Assembly (NCBI GenBank): GCA_039621445.1
Contig: CP154954.1
Span: forward strand, 17,080,589 to 17,144,588
Direction of reading: 5' to 3'
DNA length: 64,000 bases
Source: Euglena gracilis
Lineage: Eukaryota
Shown: piece after piece, positions 50,490 to 64,000 of the stretch
Position numbering within the stretch: position 1 is the first letter of the stretch
Layout: the number at the start of each line of letters is the position of its first letter
The notes under the pieces: generated by a model
What the model saw: only the letters and a program-made list of their open reading frames with translations
The model's database searches: none
Told to the model about the DNA's origin: nothing
Position numbers and translations under genes: made by a program

Positions 50490-51035
50490 GGATGGGTGCC
50501 ACCGTTAATCTCACCGAAAGACCCCCACCCAAGGCAATTTGCCAGCCCCCAGGAATGCCATGCGTGGCGGATGTTGGGTTTATTCAGGGGACCGGCCTTT
50601 TCGTGAAAAAATCTTTCGACGCCTGATAATTTTCCCTTGTATGGTGCAGGTCCGACCCCCCCCCCCCGGCCTCCCAGGTCGGTGCATGGAGTCATTAAAC
50701 CCTGGTGTGTCCCCCTGAAGTGGGTAGGACAGGACGTGCTTTTTTATTTTGCTCAGGACAGAGGCCCAAGGGCTGGCCAACGGCCGGTAAGGGCGAAATT
50801 TAAAAGGTGATAAACACATTTTTTTGATGTTCTGTTGGATGGACGGTGGTCTAAGGATGCCAGGAATCACCCCCCCCCCCAATAGCGACCCATTCATGCC
50901 AAACAAAATGCCATCTTTCTCCTGCCATTCTTTCTGTAGCTTTTCTTTGAATGTTGTGGGGTGTATTTTTTTTAACGTTCAGGACCGCCTTGACGTTTGG
51001 TTCTTGAGACTGGGAGTGTGGATTTGGGTTGGGGT

Positions 51036-51373
51036 CAGGGGTTCGATATAATGAGAGTTGGCGGCGTAAGGTGGGGGTGTACCCCCCACCCTCCCTGGAC
51101 TGGAGGGGGGCTCCGCTCGACTCAGGGGGGTTCCTGGGGCCCCTAAAAAGGTCATTTTTTTTCATTTTTCTTTCCGCCGTAAATTTTAGGCATTTTTACC
51201 TAACAGTGCCCAAAATGGCACTTTTGGCCGGCTTTGGGGCAATTTTCTGCCTGCCGCTTTGCACCGGGCCGAAAACCAGCCACCTGGACCATGGACGAAG
51301 TGTCCCCCCACCCGCTGCCCTGCTGGACCATGGATGGGTGGTCCGATCCCCCCCACCTGCCCTTCAAACCCTG
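51036..51373. mobile_element. Diverged family A-related MITE
   Basis: Ends caggggttcgatataa / tcaaaccctg. Shares gtgcccaaaatggcacttttgg with family A. TSD is not clean. Confidence 0.55.
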
Positions 51374-51808
51374 GGTGGGTGTGTCAGTCCAGCTCAGCAG
51401 ACAAGAGTTCTTTCCAGGATTTTTGGTGGATTTTTGGGGGGTTGGGGGGTCGCCCCCCCCCCCCCCCCGGTGTACTGTATGGGTGGGTCGGTGGGTTTGG
51501 GGAAGAAGTGCCCTTTGAGTGTCACTAAGTGGATTTTTGGTGGCGTTTCGACCCCTTCCTGTATGGCCGGAGGGTGCCTGGTGTGGAAGAGGACGTGGCT
51601 GGCAAACCCACTGCCACCCAATGCCGGCCACCCAGACCCAGGGTATTCTCTGCCAGCACCCCGCCCCACCTGTGCCCCCCCCCCCCCGTGGCGAGCAGGC
51701 CGTATTTTAGTCGGGTGCCAACCCCACCCGGGGGGGGGGGGGGGGCCTGCCTGGGGGGGCACTCCAAGGCACTCCCGATCCGACCCCCCCCCCCGGTGGG
51801 GGGGGGGG

Positions 51809-52823
51809 CAGGGCAGAACGGGAAGCGGCCAAACAGCCAGGGTGGGGGGGTCGACCCTCCCCACCACCTCTTCCCAAACTTCCGGGAGCACCAATTTTTT
51901 CGACCGGAAAATTTTTTTCCGGTGCTTTCGGCGCCAGGTGTTATTTTGACCCATTTTGGAACCCATAGAGCAGGGGGGGGGGAATTGCACCGTGCAATTT
52001 TTGCAATTTTGTGCAATTTTCGATTTTCCCGAAATGTGCAATTTTTTGCAATGTTGTGCAATTTATTGCACATGGCCCAGGACATTTTGTTTTGGAAAAT
52101 GTCAGTTTTTGATGCAATTGAGAACTTACGGGGTTTTTTTTTTTTTGCTGGGAAACTGATGTGTGTAGTGCAAATTTCCGTTCAAAGGCTGTTTATTGTT
52201 GGTTTACTCACTTTTCAAACCCAATCGGCCAAATTGGCAAAGGAGCAATAGGCGTTCTACAAACAGGTTTGTATTTTGTGCCTTGGTAATTTCTAATTGT
52301 GATTGTTGTGTCTTTCCGCTGGATGATGAACAAATTCAGATGAATGGCGCCATCGCATATTGCCACGGCTGGTTGGGTTGCAACTTTTTGGGCGGACCAT
52401 TTTTTCACACCTTCCAAAAATTCAACATTTTCTCAAAATTTTGATTTTGAGAGGTTTTTGAAGCAAAAAGTGCCATTGAAAGTCCAAAAAAATAAGAGAA
52501 AAATGTCAGTAAAATTTGATTATGCCAAAATTTGGTCCACTTCTTTGACGTTCGTTTTTTTTTTTACCCCCTCCTGAAAACTACCAATTTTTAAACCTGA
52601 AATTTTTGAGATTTTTTTTGTGAAAAAATGTGGGTTTCCATCAAAAATCATGTGTTTTTTGGGTTCATTTTTTCCAAAAAGATTCAAATTTTTTTTCTGG
52701 CCAAAATCCCCGTTTTCCCGAAATTGGTGAAAATGCTGTGGTGGGTGGGGGGGTGTCGACCCCCCCCCCCTCCCGGGTGGGGGGTCGACCCCTCTCCCCA
52801 CCAGGCCTTCCCGTTCTGCCCTG
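51809..52823. mobile_element. TIR element family B nested in a family C repeat
   Basis: TIR cagggcagaacgggaa / ttcccgttctgccctg. The flanks join up to rebuild the family C sequence seen intact at 37207. Confidence 0.82.
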
Positions 52824-53619
52824 CCGGGGGGGGGGGGTAGGGCACATGGCCAAAACTGCCCATGGTGCCACAGGCGCCGGGGATCCAAAAATGGCCTATT
52901 TTCAAAGGAGTGTGCCTGGGCACAGGCCGAAATCCCCCCCCCCCCGGGTGCCTGGGCAGGCACGCCAAGGCACTCCGGACCCCCCTCTCCCACGGGGGTG
53001 GTAAAAAAAACAGCCTGGTGGCGAGTCGGCCACCGGCCGTGGACGTGTGTTCCGGCACCGGAACACACGTGTTAGACGAGCATTCCTGCGCTGGAACTGG
53101 AGTGCAGTTCCGGTGCGCTTCGGCGATGCCGCACACACAGCGGTGGCGCACATTGGGCATTGACCGGCGTGCCCGTCCGGTGGCAGAATCCCAGCCAGCC
53201 ACCTTTTCATTGGCTTCAAAGGAAAGCGAGGATGACACAGCCAGACACCCAAACGGTTTTCCCGGGAAGGATTCAGTTATGCCTGCCATGTTTGGGTTTA
53301 ATTTACAGCGGCTGCATGTAGTCAGTGTATTTGTGCCCTCAAATGCCTCCCCCCCAGGAGTAAATATTTCCCCCCCAGGTATTCACCCCCTCCCCAACGT
53401 GCAAAAAGTGTCTCCAAGATCGACTCTGATCACCGTTTTGGGCTTTTCGATCTATTTAGCGTCTGGCCTGCCGAAATTTGTTACATGACCTGCCAGCTTG
53501 CCCATCCCGGTCTAACCTCATCACCAAGCGCTCCCCCAGGTCGTATTTTCGACCTAATTTGTACCTGATTTCAGCCGAACAGTCTTACCCGAACCCTAAC
53601 CTTTCCTTTTACCCAAACC

Positions 53620-53860
53620 CAGGGTAGAACGGGAATCGGCCAAACAGCCAGGGTGGTGGGTGGGGGGGGGTCGACCACCCCCCACCCCCTGCATGGTGGG
53701 TAGGGGGGTTGACCCCCCCACCTCTTCCCGTTGTTCTGGTGGCACAAGATTTTGGACCCCAAAATGTTTCCCCGGCACCTTCAGCGCGGGGTGTTTTTTT
53801 TTTGACCCATTTTGGAACCCATAGAGAAGAAGGCCCCCCCCCCCCCAAACCCCATTTCCA
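53620..53860. mobile_element. Family B 5' fragment
   Basis: cagggtagaacgggaatcggccaaacagccagggtgg.., nearly identical to 47601. Confidence 0.7.
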
Positions 53861-54099
53861 GGGCGGTCCAAGGCGGCATCAAACCAACGTTTTTGATTTT
53901 GCACGGGGCCCAAAATCAAAAAAGTCGCAACAGGTCGAAAAATGTGTAGATGGACAACGTTCCATCGATGCCAGAAATCATTTTTCTTCCCGGAGTTGGT
54001 TTGTTTTTGCCGGGACTTTGCACTTTTGCTCAGTTGAAGAAAAGTGCCCTTGAATGCCCCGAAAAAGCCAATGATTCAAAAAACAAGTGGTTTGACGGC

Positions 54100-54320
54100 C
54101 CGCAGTGCCGCGCAGTGCACGCAGTTCCATGGAGTGTCATGCAGTGCCACGCAGTGCACGCAGTTCCATGGGGTGTCACGCAGTGCCACGCAGTGCACGC
54201 AGTTCCATGGGGTGTCACGCAGTGCCACGTGGTGCCATGCAGCCACGCAGTGCCCACACAGTACCACGCAGTGCCACGCAGTGCACACGGACTGTACACG
54301 CAGTGCCATGCAGTGCCAAG
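54100..54320. repeat. Minisatellite of cacgcagtgc units with a 39-bp higher-order repeat (x3)
   Basis: cgcagtgcacgcagttccatgg(a/g)gtgtca(c/t)gcagtgcca occurs three times, followed by degenerate 10-11-mers. Confidence 0.88.
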
Positions 54321-54471
54321 CAGTACTAGCACTGCAGGGGTGGACATCCCCACAGTGTTCCGAATTCTTCATAACTTGGCAAAGCGGTGCATGGGGTGAG
54401 ACTTGGGCGCTGTGCCCTGCGCATCGGCTTCTGCAGAAATCACAGATACACCCCTGCTCTCCCCCTGACAG

Positions 54472-54609
54472 GATTCTCTGGCTAGCCTTTGCTCCCCCCC
54501 AAACATAAACATGGCCGCGCCGTTCAGCCTCTTGCAGCAGCTCCCCGGCAAGTCCGACCTGTGGCTGCAGCTGCGCGGCTCTGAAGCGGCTCGGACTGCG
54601 CCTAGACCA
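54472..54609 (+). pseudogene. Second, 5'-decayed copy of the coding-like segment at 21776-21903
   Basis: MAAPFSLLQQLPGKSDLWLQLRGSEAARTAPRP. The homologous upstream part has TTG>TAG and an insertion. Confidence 0.4.
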
Positions 54610-56614
54610 CATCATACGGTAGACCCTGAAGATCGTTGCCTGCCACCTCAACTGCCACCGCTTGTGTGTGTGTGTGCGCGCGCGCGCGTGTGTGTGTGCA
54701 TGCGTGCGCGCGTGCGTGCGTGTGCGTGTGTGCGGTGTATTCTTTCCCTTCAAAGGTGAACACTGGGTCGAAACGGGTAAAACGGGAAATTGGTAAAAAT
54801 CGGTCGGATAAAGACTGCCTAGCTCAAAATTTGGTCAAAATCGATGTTTGGTCGAGGTTGTGGAGAAATCAACCCACGTGGCCGGCTCTCCATATGCTCT
54901 GCCCCCCCTTTTTAAAAAAAGTTGGGTCATTGACAGACGTGGACAATTGAACACCTGACGAAGAATCAATTTTGTAAGAATAGTTCGGAATTTTGCCTGG
55001 TGGATGACATTTGACAAAAACATTTACCTCTCCCCCCCAGCAACAGCAACTGGGCTTGTCCAACGAACACCCCCTCAGGCCAGTTGTTGATTTCATAAGT
55101 TTCGGTATTTTTTTTTCAGCCCCACTCCCAAAAAACGGCAAAAGCAATCATGAACTGGCTGAAAATGCCAAAAACGTCGAAAAAAGGCCGATGCCCCAAA
55201 CGGAAACGGTTTACCCAAAATGGGTAAAAATTGACGTAAATGGACTTATTTTTCTAAAAGCTGCTATTCCTTCTGGATGTTTGTACATGTTGTGCATGAA
55301 GATTGTGATAACGGCCAAAAGTCTCCCAAAAGCTGGGCAAAATGGCCAACGGTGACTCTGTGACTAAACAATGGCAAAAGTGGCCAAAGAATGCCAAGAA
55401 AGTGGCCAAAGTGGCTGAAAATAGCCAAAGACAGTGGGGGAATAATGATGGTTGTTGGACGAGGGGTGGGGGGTTCAGAATTCATCACTAGTTTTCCCCT
55501 GGAAGGCATCGAATATGGGAAGCCTTCTCCCCGCAGTTCAACCACCTGCTTCCAGCGAACGAACCCCCCAATATCGGAGAAGCCACCCTCCCTGGCATTC
55601 TCGGCCAAAGTTGACTTGAGCATTGCCTGCTTTTGGCGTCAGGGAGCCCAGGTTGCTGGGGTGCAAACCTGCCCCGTCGATTCCAACAGCTCCCCGACTG
55701 GGTTGTAGACCCCCCCCCCCCGTATCAACGGCATATCCCTGGAACGTTGTTGGGCTGTGCTTCCGGGGAGGGGGTGGGGGGGTTAGGTATCGCGTTGCGC
55801 TGCAGGCATGCGACTTCGGAGGACAGGGCTGCCAGCTCCCTCCCTGCGCCGGAGTCCCCGGCCCCGGGGCTGCTGGACTGCGGCCCACTGCACAGCGGAG
55901 TTCGGCCCGCCGGGGGCCCCCGGGCTGACTGGGTGGTGGGCCCGTCGGCGCCACTTGCCCGCCCATCCCGCGCCATGCCATGGGATGTGGGGACATGCAA
56001 GGTTGCTGGTGTGTCCCCACCCCCCGACTGCTTTTTTGTTCTGGTGACTTGGGGAAGCCCTCAACCCCCTTTGGCAAGGCGATTCTTGGCCTCCTCCTGT
56101 CTTTTTGGGGGGGGCTTGCATTTTTGCCCAAACTTGTCCATCGTACCTCCTCAAGGAGTGCCTGCCACCAAATACCTATGAAATGACTGGGAGTGACCGA
56201 CATGACTGGCATGGCATGGACGTGAGTGATGGGCACGCTTGGGTCTGGGCTGGATGACCCTGGGTGCTTGCCTGCCACTCATTCAAGCTGAGCAACAGCA
56301 TGGGTGGGACTGACTCACCGGCAGAGCTCAGCATTGCCATCGCCGCGGCGGACGTGACGCGGACGCGGCACGTCCGCGTCCCACGCACGGCCTCCCACGC
56401 ACTCCTGCGGCCCGAGGTACATGGCGGCCAGGCAGATGCTCTGACAGACGGGCAACTGATGCCGCGGTGAGGGTCTGCCTGCCTCTGATCCCCCTCTGAT
56501 GGGTCCCAGCCTGCCTCCCCCCATGTCGCCGGGGAAGGTGGCAGCCCACCACCACATGGTGCACAATCCGTACTCCTTTGAAGGTCCTTTTGGCAATGTT
56601 CAGTTTGCTGTGCA

Positions 56615-56649
<35 letters not shown>

Positions 56650-56786
56650 CTGAAGGGGGGTGTTCACCTTTTCATCTGACTCCCAGAGGAAGCGAGGCGA
56701 GTCGAAGAAGGAAAGCGCTCGTTTTGCTATCCACCATTTCAATCATTGTTTTGTTCATTTCATTGGACGTCCCATGCATACTTAAT

Positions 56787-57257
56787 TAGTGCGACCGGAA
56801 AAAATGTTTCCGTGCGCCGCGACCACCGCGGAAATTTTTTTTGTAACCGGCAGCGCCGCGGCAAAAATTTTTCTGTGCGCCGCGAATGCCGTGGCACTGG
56901 TTTATGTGTGCGCCGCGACCGCCGCGGAATGTTTTTTTTGGAAACCTCAACGGGTGGGGTTGGTGCTGCCTTGGCAACACTTTGTTTTGCCAAAGCCCGG
57001 GTGAGCGCCTTCTATCAATGTAATTGTTTCCACCAAAAAATGTTGGGTGTTGTGTTGCTGCCAATACGTTTTTGAGCTCCGGGCAGAAATTTTTTTTTCG
57101 CCGCAACCACCGCGGAAAAATTTTCCGCTTGCGCCGCGACCACTGCGGCAATAAATTTTGCTTGTGCCGCGACAGCCGCGGCAAAAATCTTTCTGTGCGC
57201 CGCGACCACCGCGGAGAATCTTTTTTTGCGCCGCGGCAGGAGCGCCGCGGCGCACTG
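56787..57257. mobile_element. Probable non-autonomous TIR element made of ~31-bp palindromic subrepeats
   Basis: About 10 units of gcgccgcgaccaccgcggaaaaattttt in two blocks. Ends tagtgcgaccgg / ccgcggcgcactg. No TSD found. Confidence 0.55.
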
Positions 57258-59261
57258 ACTACAAGTATGGTCCCATGAAAATCCACCAGAATCGTACATT
57301 TCTCAGTTTTTGTCAGTTGGAAGTTGTTAAGATTGAGGACTGCATTTCAAGACGGACTATTTTCGTTGGTCCTCCAACGTTTAGGGCCAACAGCTGTTCC
57401 TCGTTTCCGAACCTGCCCCAGGACCCTTGCGATGGCCCTCAAAGTGTGGTCCAGGTGATCGACTCTAAAGACCAACAACCCGTATCCAGACTTTCCTCTT
57501 CCTCCCTCCCTCCCTCCCTCGCTACACTTTTTGTGCACCTGCGCACTTGGGCAGCCACCACCTAATGTACCGTGGCAGCATCTGTGGAGATGATTGGACT
57601 CATTGTCTTTTCCGTTTCAGATAGATGTTTCAGCCCCTCACAGCAGGCACCGCATTTGATTTTCATACATCACAGGTTTTGTAGGTCATCCACAACCCCA
57701 AGGCCCAGGCCCAAAGCCTCTGCCAGTTTTGTTGGGTTTTTACGCTAGGATTGGGAGGGTCGCAAATTGCAGAATTTTACTTTCACGTTCGTCCAATATC
57801 GCAAAACTTGCCTGACCCCAGTGTTTTTGTTCTGTGTCTACAGTAGCTACAGTCCAGCTACTGTAGCTGGACCGCTGCTGTGCCAGGCCGGATCATTCCA
57901 GTGTGCATACAACATCACCACAGCCTTCACGCTGACAGAGGATTTGAGATTAGAGGTTGGGTCCAATCACACAATTTGATGTGATGAAAATTTGCTCCAT
58001 GGTGTACACTGATGTGCACGGCAGTCCCTTATTTGGTTCTGAGGGCGTTGGTCTCTTAAAGGTTTTTAAAGCTCCTTAAGTCAGGAGTCATGTTGTCAAA
58101 GAGCCCATCATTCAGATGTGGTCCCCACTGTCCTCATTTGTCCCTTTGTTTGCTCTTCCATTGCTGTGACCCACCCTGGCATGCCGATACCATCCCCTCC
58201 TCCAAGAATAAAACCCTGGTCTGCTTTTTGGGTCAGTTGCTGAAAATCTTAAGGGGTCCTCTTTTTCGGGGTTTATTTTTTGGAATCCAAAAATATGTCC
58301 AAAAAAGAGTGACTCTTGCCAGTGAGCGAAAAATTACCTCAAAAAACTTGTGCATAGTGGGCAAATCAAACATGTTGCAATTTTTATGTGATGTGATTCC
58401 ATTTTTGACGAATTTGGCCAACAGCATGCCATCCACCAGCTGTATTTGGGGATTTTGGGGCTGGATTTTGAGGAACAATGCTGAACCTCCAATTCCCCAA
58501 GGAAATCCTATCAAAGTTGTGGGTTTAGAGGTGGGGGGAGGGATGGCAAAAAAATCCTCCACTTTGGGGGCATTTTCACAGTTTTTGGGGGTCCATTTTT
58601 GTATTTCCCCCAAACATCCCGACGGATTGTTTTTTTTGGGGGGGGGTTGGTTTTGAATTTTTGTTGAAAATCGACGGGGGGGGGTCTTTTTGGGGGGGGT
58701 TAGTCGGCCACAGCTGCCACAGGATGGTTGCTGCTACCGAGTCTACGCCACACGCACGCTGTGCCTATGGCGAAGAGGCAGTGTCCCACTGTGTGCAACC
58801 GCGACCCGGGCTCAGTGAGGGCTTTTGGGGCGTTGCCCGCCCTTCAACAACTCCCCCACCTCTGATAAGGAAAGTGAAGTCAGATGGAATAAGTTGACTG
58901 GACATGGCGTACGCCGACAAGCTTAACAAAATGCGAACCCTAACCCTGACCCTGACCTTCAAGCCAGGACCACCTGCTGAAGAGGGATCCAGCCAGCTGG
59001 CACCTTTTTTCTCTCTTTCCAAACGAAACAGTCAGGTCCGCAGATCTGGGGATTAACTTTCTTCCCAATATTTTTGAAAATTTCTTTTTGGGCATATTCC
59101 AGTTTTTTTTTGGATTTAGTGCTTGTTTGCCGCTTCTTGTGCTTTTTTTTGAGCTTAGTGAATAGGCTAGTGAACACTGGTCCCCGAACGAGCCTAGTGA
59201 ATGAGCCCAATGAATGGAGACATACTGACCAACAGATACCCAGACAGACAAACCTGTATAC

Positions 59262-59406
59262 AAGCAAACAAACAAACAAACAAACAAACAAACAAACAAA
59301 CAAACAAACAAACAAACACACAAACAAACAAACAAACAAACAAACAATCAACCAAACAACCAAGCAAGCAAGCAAGCAAGCAAGCCAGCCAGCAAGCCAG
59401 CCAGCC

Positions 59407-59443
<37 letters not shown>

Positions 59444-60077
59444 ACAACCAACCAACCAACCATCCAACCAACCAACCAACCAACCAACCAACCAACCAAC
59501 CAACCAACCAACCAACCAACCAACCAACCAACCAACCAACCAACCAACCAACCAACCAACCAACCAACCAACCAACCAACCAACCAACCAACCAACCAAC
59601 CAACCAACCAACCAACCAACCAACCAACCAACCAACCAACCAACCAACCAACCAACCAACCAACCAACCAACCAACCAACCAACCAACCAACCAACCAAC
59701 CAACCAGCCCCAACCAACCAGCCCCAACCAACCAACCAACCAACCAACCAACCAACCAACCAACCAACCAACCAACCAGCCCCAACCAACCAGCCCCAAC
59801 CAACCAACCAACCAACCAACCAACCAACCAACCAACCAACCAACCAACCAACCAACCAACCAACCAACCAACCAACCAACCAACCAACCAACCAACCAAC
59901 CATCCAACCAACCAACCAACCAACCAAACAAACAAAGAAACAAAGAAACAAACAAACAAACAAACAAACAAACAAACAAACAAACAAACAAACAAACAAA
60001 CAAACAAACAAACAAACAAACAAACAAACAAACAAACAAACAAACAAACAAACAAACAAACAAACAAACAAACAAAC
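59262..60077. repeat. Compound tetranucleotide microsatellite (CAAA)n-(CAAG)n-(CCAA)n-(CAAA)n
   Basis: Directly visible, ~815 bp. Confidence 0.97.
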
Positions 60078-60523
60078 AGGCAGACAGGCAGGCAGAAACA
60101 GGCAGAGGTGTTTGTTAACGAACAGTTAAGAGATTAGTGGTAATGCAAATGAACAAATGCCTGGGGGTGTCAACAAAAAATTCAGGCTTTTCAGGAAGGT
60201 CACACCCTCTTTTGACCCCCCCCCTCCCAAAGTTCCCTCTTCCCCTCCCTACAGAGTTGTAGAGCCGCGTGATTCTCTCCTTACACCTCAGTGGGGTGTT
60301 GCTGTGCCATATGTCCAACCCCCCCCCCGACGCGCGGCTCATTTCACAGGCAGTCCTGTTGTGGGCCTTGTTATACAATATCCTCTCCTGCAGAGCAGAG
60401 AACGGCGGGTGGGCAACCCAGCACGCCATTGGGCTCTCCTGCCCTGAAGCCAGACTTGACTGGGAGCAGTCTATGGAATGGTGGCAGCGCTAGCGCTAGC
60501 CACGCACAATTCCTTCTGCACCC

Positions 60524-61056
<533 letters not shown>

Positions 61057-64000
61057 CACACACATTTGGTTTCGCCGGACCCCTCCCCCCTGGGAGCACC
61101 CCAAGGTAGGGTTCAATATAAGCAATATAAGGAGGGTGTATGGGTTCAGGTGGGGGGTGCCCCCCCTCTTGGATTTGAGTGGGGGTACAGATCCCCCCAT
61201 CTTCCAAGGGAGGTTCAGACTGAATGCGGGGAGGGGGGCACCGGGGACCCCCTTAAAAGATCAAAATTTTCCCTCCAGTGATTTGCGCCATTTTTTTTTT
61301 TTGCATTTCTGCAGGGGTAAATTGATATCTGCAATTTTTCCGCACTTTCCGAATTCTTCCGAATTTTTTTTCCCGCAAGTTTTCCCCTTTCTGCAGTTTT
61401 TCCGTACAAATCTGAAATGGAAAAATGAGTTTCGGTAACGTACAAGGAACCCTGGTGTTCTTTTCGTTATTTTGTTGCAAATTTGCCAAATTTTAGAAAA
61501 TTTGTCAAAAATTTGCAATTTCTGGGCCTTTTAGATCTCCGCCCGTACACACCCCTTACCAGCAACCCCCAACTGGGGGGTGGCCGTTGTTTAGGAGTGG
61601 TCGGTGGGCAAAGGGGGGGGGTAAGGTAAGGATGCCAAAAAAAAGGTCATCATTTCCTGGAGTTTTTTGCCCGGCAGTAGCAGCACCGCACCCCCAAAAA
61701 CTGTGCGCCTTTGGAAAAAATCTGGTCGAAGATATGATGTTTTTTCTGTGGGAATTATTTCCAGCAACCTGGTCGGGGTTGTAGGTGGCTTTGAAAATTT
61801 GGCTGTTTTTGGCACCTGGCCGTACGACCACCTCCTGGTCGGGGGGGTTGCAGGAACCCAGTTGGTGGGCAAAGTGGGGGGGAACGTGGGCAAGGCCTTG
61901 TTTTTTGACTTTGGGTCCTTCTTTTAGGGTTTGGATGCCTTCTATTTTTGGCAAGTGTTCATGTTGTGTGCAATCTGGAAACCGGGTCTGTCTGGGGAGT
62001 ATCTCAAAATCTGGCCTTGCGACTGCCGTACCAATGTCAGCTGTCAGCCGTCGCAATAAATCAGAGCGCTTTGGGGTGTGTTTCAGAACCTGTTGGACGT
62101 TTCTACCGTGCAGCTCAATGAGGTTTAACCGCCCGTTCAGTGCGTTTTCAGACATGTGATTCTTTTCTCAGAGACCCCCCGTTGGGCGGACAGTCGCGTA
62201 ACCCCGGCCACCAAAACCCCTCTTCTGTGGCCACTTTTAAAGGCCTCAGCCACCGGGTGCTGTGCCTGGGGACAGTGGCTGCCTCCCTGCGTCGTGCTTG
62301 CTGGCAGGGGCCTCAAATAGGGGCCACGCAGACGAAGAGCTGAGGGGGCAGCAACGCGCGCACATGCGCACGACACTTGCGTCGTGAAGCATCACGTCTC
62401 TGCCTGGGTTTTCAACCGAGGCCACAGGTTCCCTCAACCAGCCCTCAACCTACACGAAGTGTGTATGTCCGCAGGCGGAGGTGTGCGTGCTTCGGTGCTG
62501 GGTGTGAGTCCATCTGGATTGGGATTTCCAACGCAGGCGGTGAAGGGCGTGCGTTCCTGTCATCCAGTGTGTGTCCCGCATATTTTCACGGCTGACTCGT
62601 GGCCCTGCAGTTAGCGGCGAAGACTCCATGTCACCGTTGGCCCTCTCAGTGTCGTCGCCGTGGTGCTGAGGCACACGCCACACTGTGGGGGTCGGATCGC
62701 GCCGAAATTTACCCTCCAATCGGGTGCACGTGCACGTGATTGTGGGTTCAAATCGTGCGAAAGTGTGCGCGAGAAGGGGGGTGTCTCTACGTGCACAGGT
62801 GTGCACGATCGTGCTGTGCGACGTGTACAGGTCTTTCTCGGTTGGTGGTTCAAGCACCGCCAGTCCACGGACCGCGAACGGTCCGGGGGTTTCTTTGGTG
62901 AAAGGCTAAAGTACCAATTTGGCTGTCTAAGTACAGTCCCGGAAAAAACTGCCCATACACCAGATGGGACATAACTACCCGTACCCCCCCCCCCCCAAAA
63001 TCACACGTGTTAGCCAGGCTCGCTGCAGGAAACCAGGAAGTGAGGCTTCAGGAATTCTGATGGTCCTCCTCGATACAAACATGTAAACAAGTGATAAACA
63101 GCCTCCAGGTTCGTAATACACGTGCACAATAGCTCTGCCAGGAAGGCTTGTTCCATTATTGTTTGCAGGTACACAGACAGGTTCAGGGGGTTCCTCCCCC
63201 CCCTCGCCGGTGGGCTCCGTCCAGATTTGGGTTGTGGAAATCCCACTGGACCACCTGAGGGGTTTGCCGGCAGCCAGAAAGTGGATATTTTCCCCCCAGC
63301 GACCTGCACAAGGCACCGAATTTTATGAAGCCTCAAAACCTGCCAAATAGCCGTTTTGGGCCATTTCTGGGATTTCTTTTGTGGAACAAAGTCAGCCAAA
63401 ATGCACATAAAACACCACGTTTCCACCACGACGCGCAGCGCCAAAGGAATTTTTTTTCCTGTCGGGGGGACCTCCAGACCGTCCCCTGGCTAGTGGCTTT
63501 TTCCAGTGGCTCCTTCCGTTTTGTCGGCCTCGGACTTGTGCTTTTGGGTGTTTGCCGGATCCTAGGGAACAAGGATGGCGGGTTTCGAGGAGGTCTCATC
63601 CGCGTCGCCTGGTCTTTTCAATGCAGTTCTGTTTGTTTTCAAAGGCTGCGTCGTAAAGCCTTTCCGGTCACTGTTGTTTAGAAAGACTCAGGAGCAAGGC
63701 CTGATTGTGAGCCGCAATGGATTGCATCCCTTTGCACAAGTGCACATGAGGTCGGTTTGCGCAAATGTGAACACCATGACGACCTGTGCACCTCAACCAC
63801 GATAGCCAAATTTTGCACAGCACACATCAAACACGATCCCAAACACCACCTGCAATGGCCCGTTTGGGGGGACAACTTCAGCTGCCACACACCTCCATTA
63901 TGGGGTTCTCAGGTGACGGTTCTGGCCCATTGACAGATCTGGGTGCATGTGGAGGCTGTGGCCTTCTTACAGGTGGCCCGCCGCAGCATCTCGCGGTACA

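Noticed and set aside
56787-57257. CRISPR-like repeat-spacer array
   Set aside because: The 'spacers' are ~10-bp A/T tracts similar to each other, the repeats are degenerate, there are no cas genes and the context is eukaryotic.

Overview
Eukaryotic, repeat-rich genomic DNA. It is most likely a euglenid/euglenozoan, inferred from TTAGGG telomere-type repeats, small exons among long repeat-filled introns, and single-hairpin AGA-box guide RNAs. Almost all ORFs in the supplied track are spurious. The main feature is an 18.9-kb tandem array (726-19640; about 22 units of 854-893 bp). It is not a simple satellite: each unit carries two box C/D snoRNA genes, two single-hairpin H/ACA-like (AGA box) guide RNAs and a possible fifth RNA, separated by GC-rich spacer hairpins. 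This looks like a tandemly amplified polycistronic snoRNA cluster of roughly 90-110 genes. It starts 145 bp after the splice donor of an exon of a 3-hydroxyacyl-CoA dehydrogenase / fatty-acid beta-oxidation multifunctional enzyme gene, whose remaining exons I could not find. The other ~44 kb holds a decayed hAT transposon, several MITE families with 8-bp target-site duplications (some nested up to three levels, some with telomere-like cores), an interstitial (TTAGGG)12 tract, long microsatellites, candidate phase-compatible exons of an unknown minus-strand gene, and two pairs of dispersed segments whose divergence is biased to synonymous sites. RNA targets and element superfamilies are by-eye inferences; no search or folding program was run.
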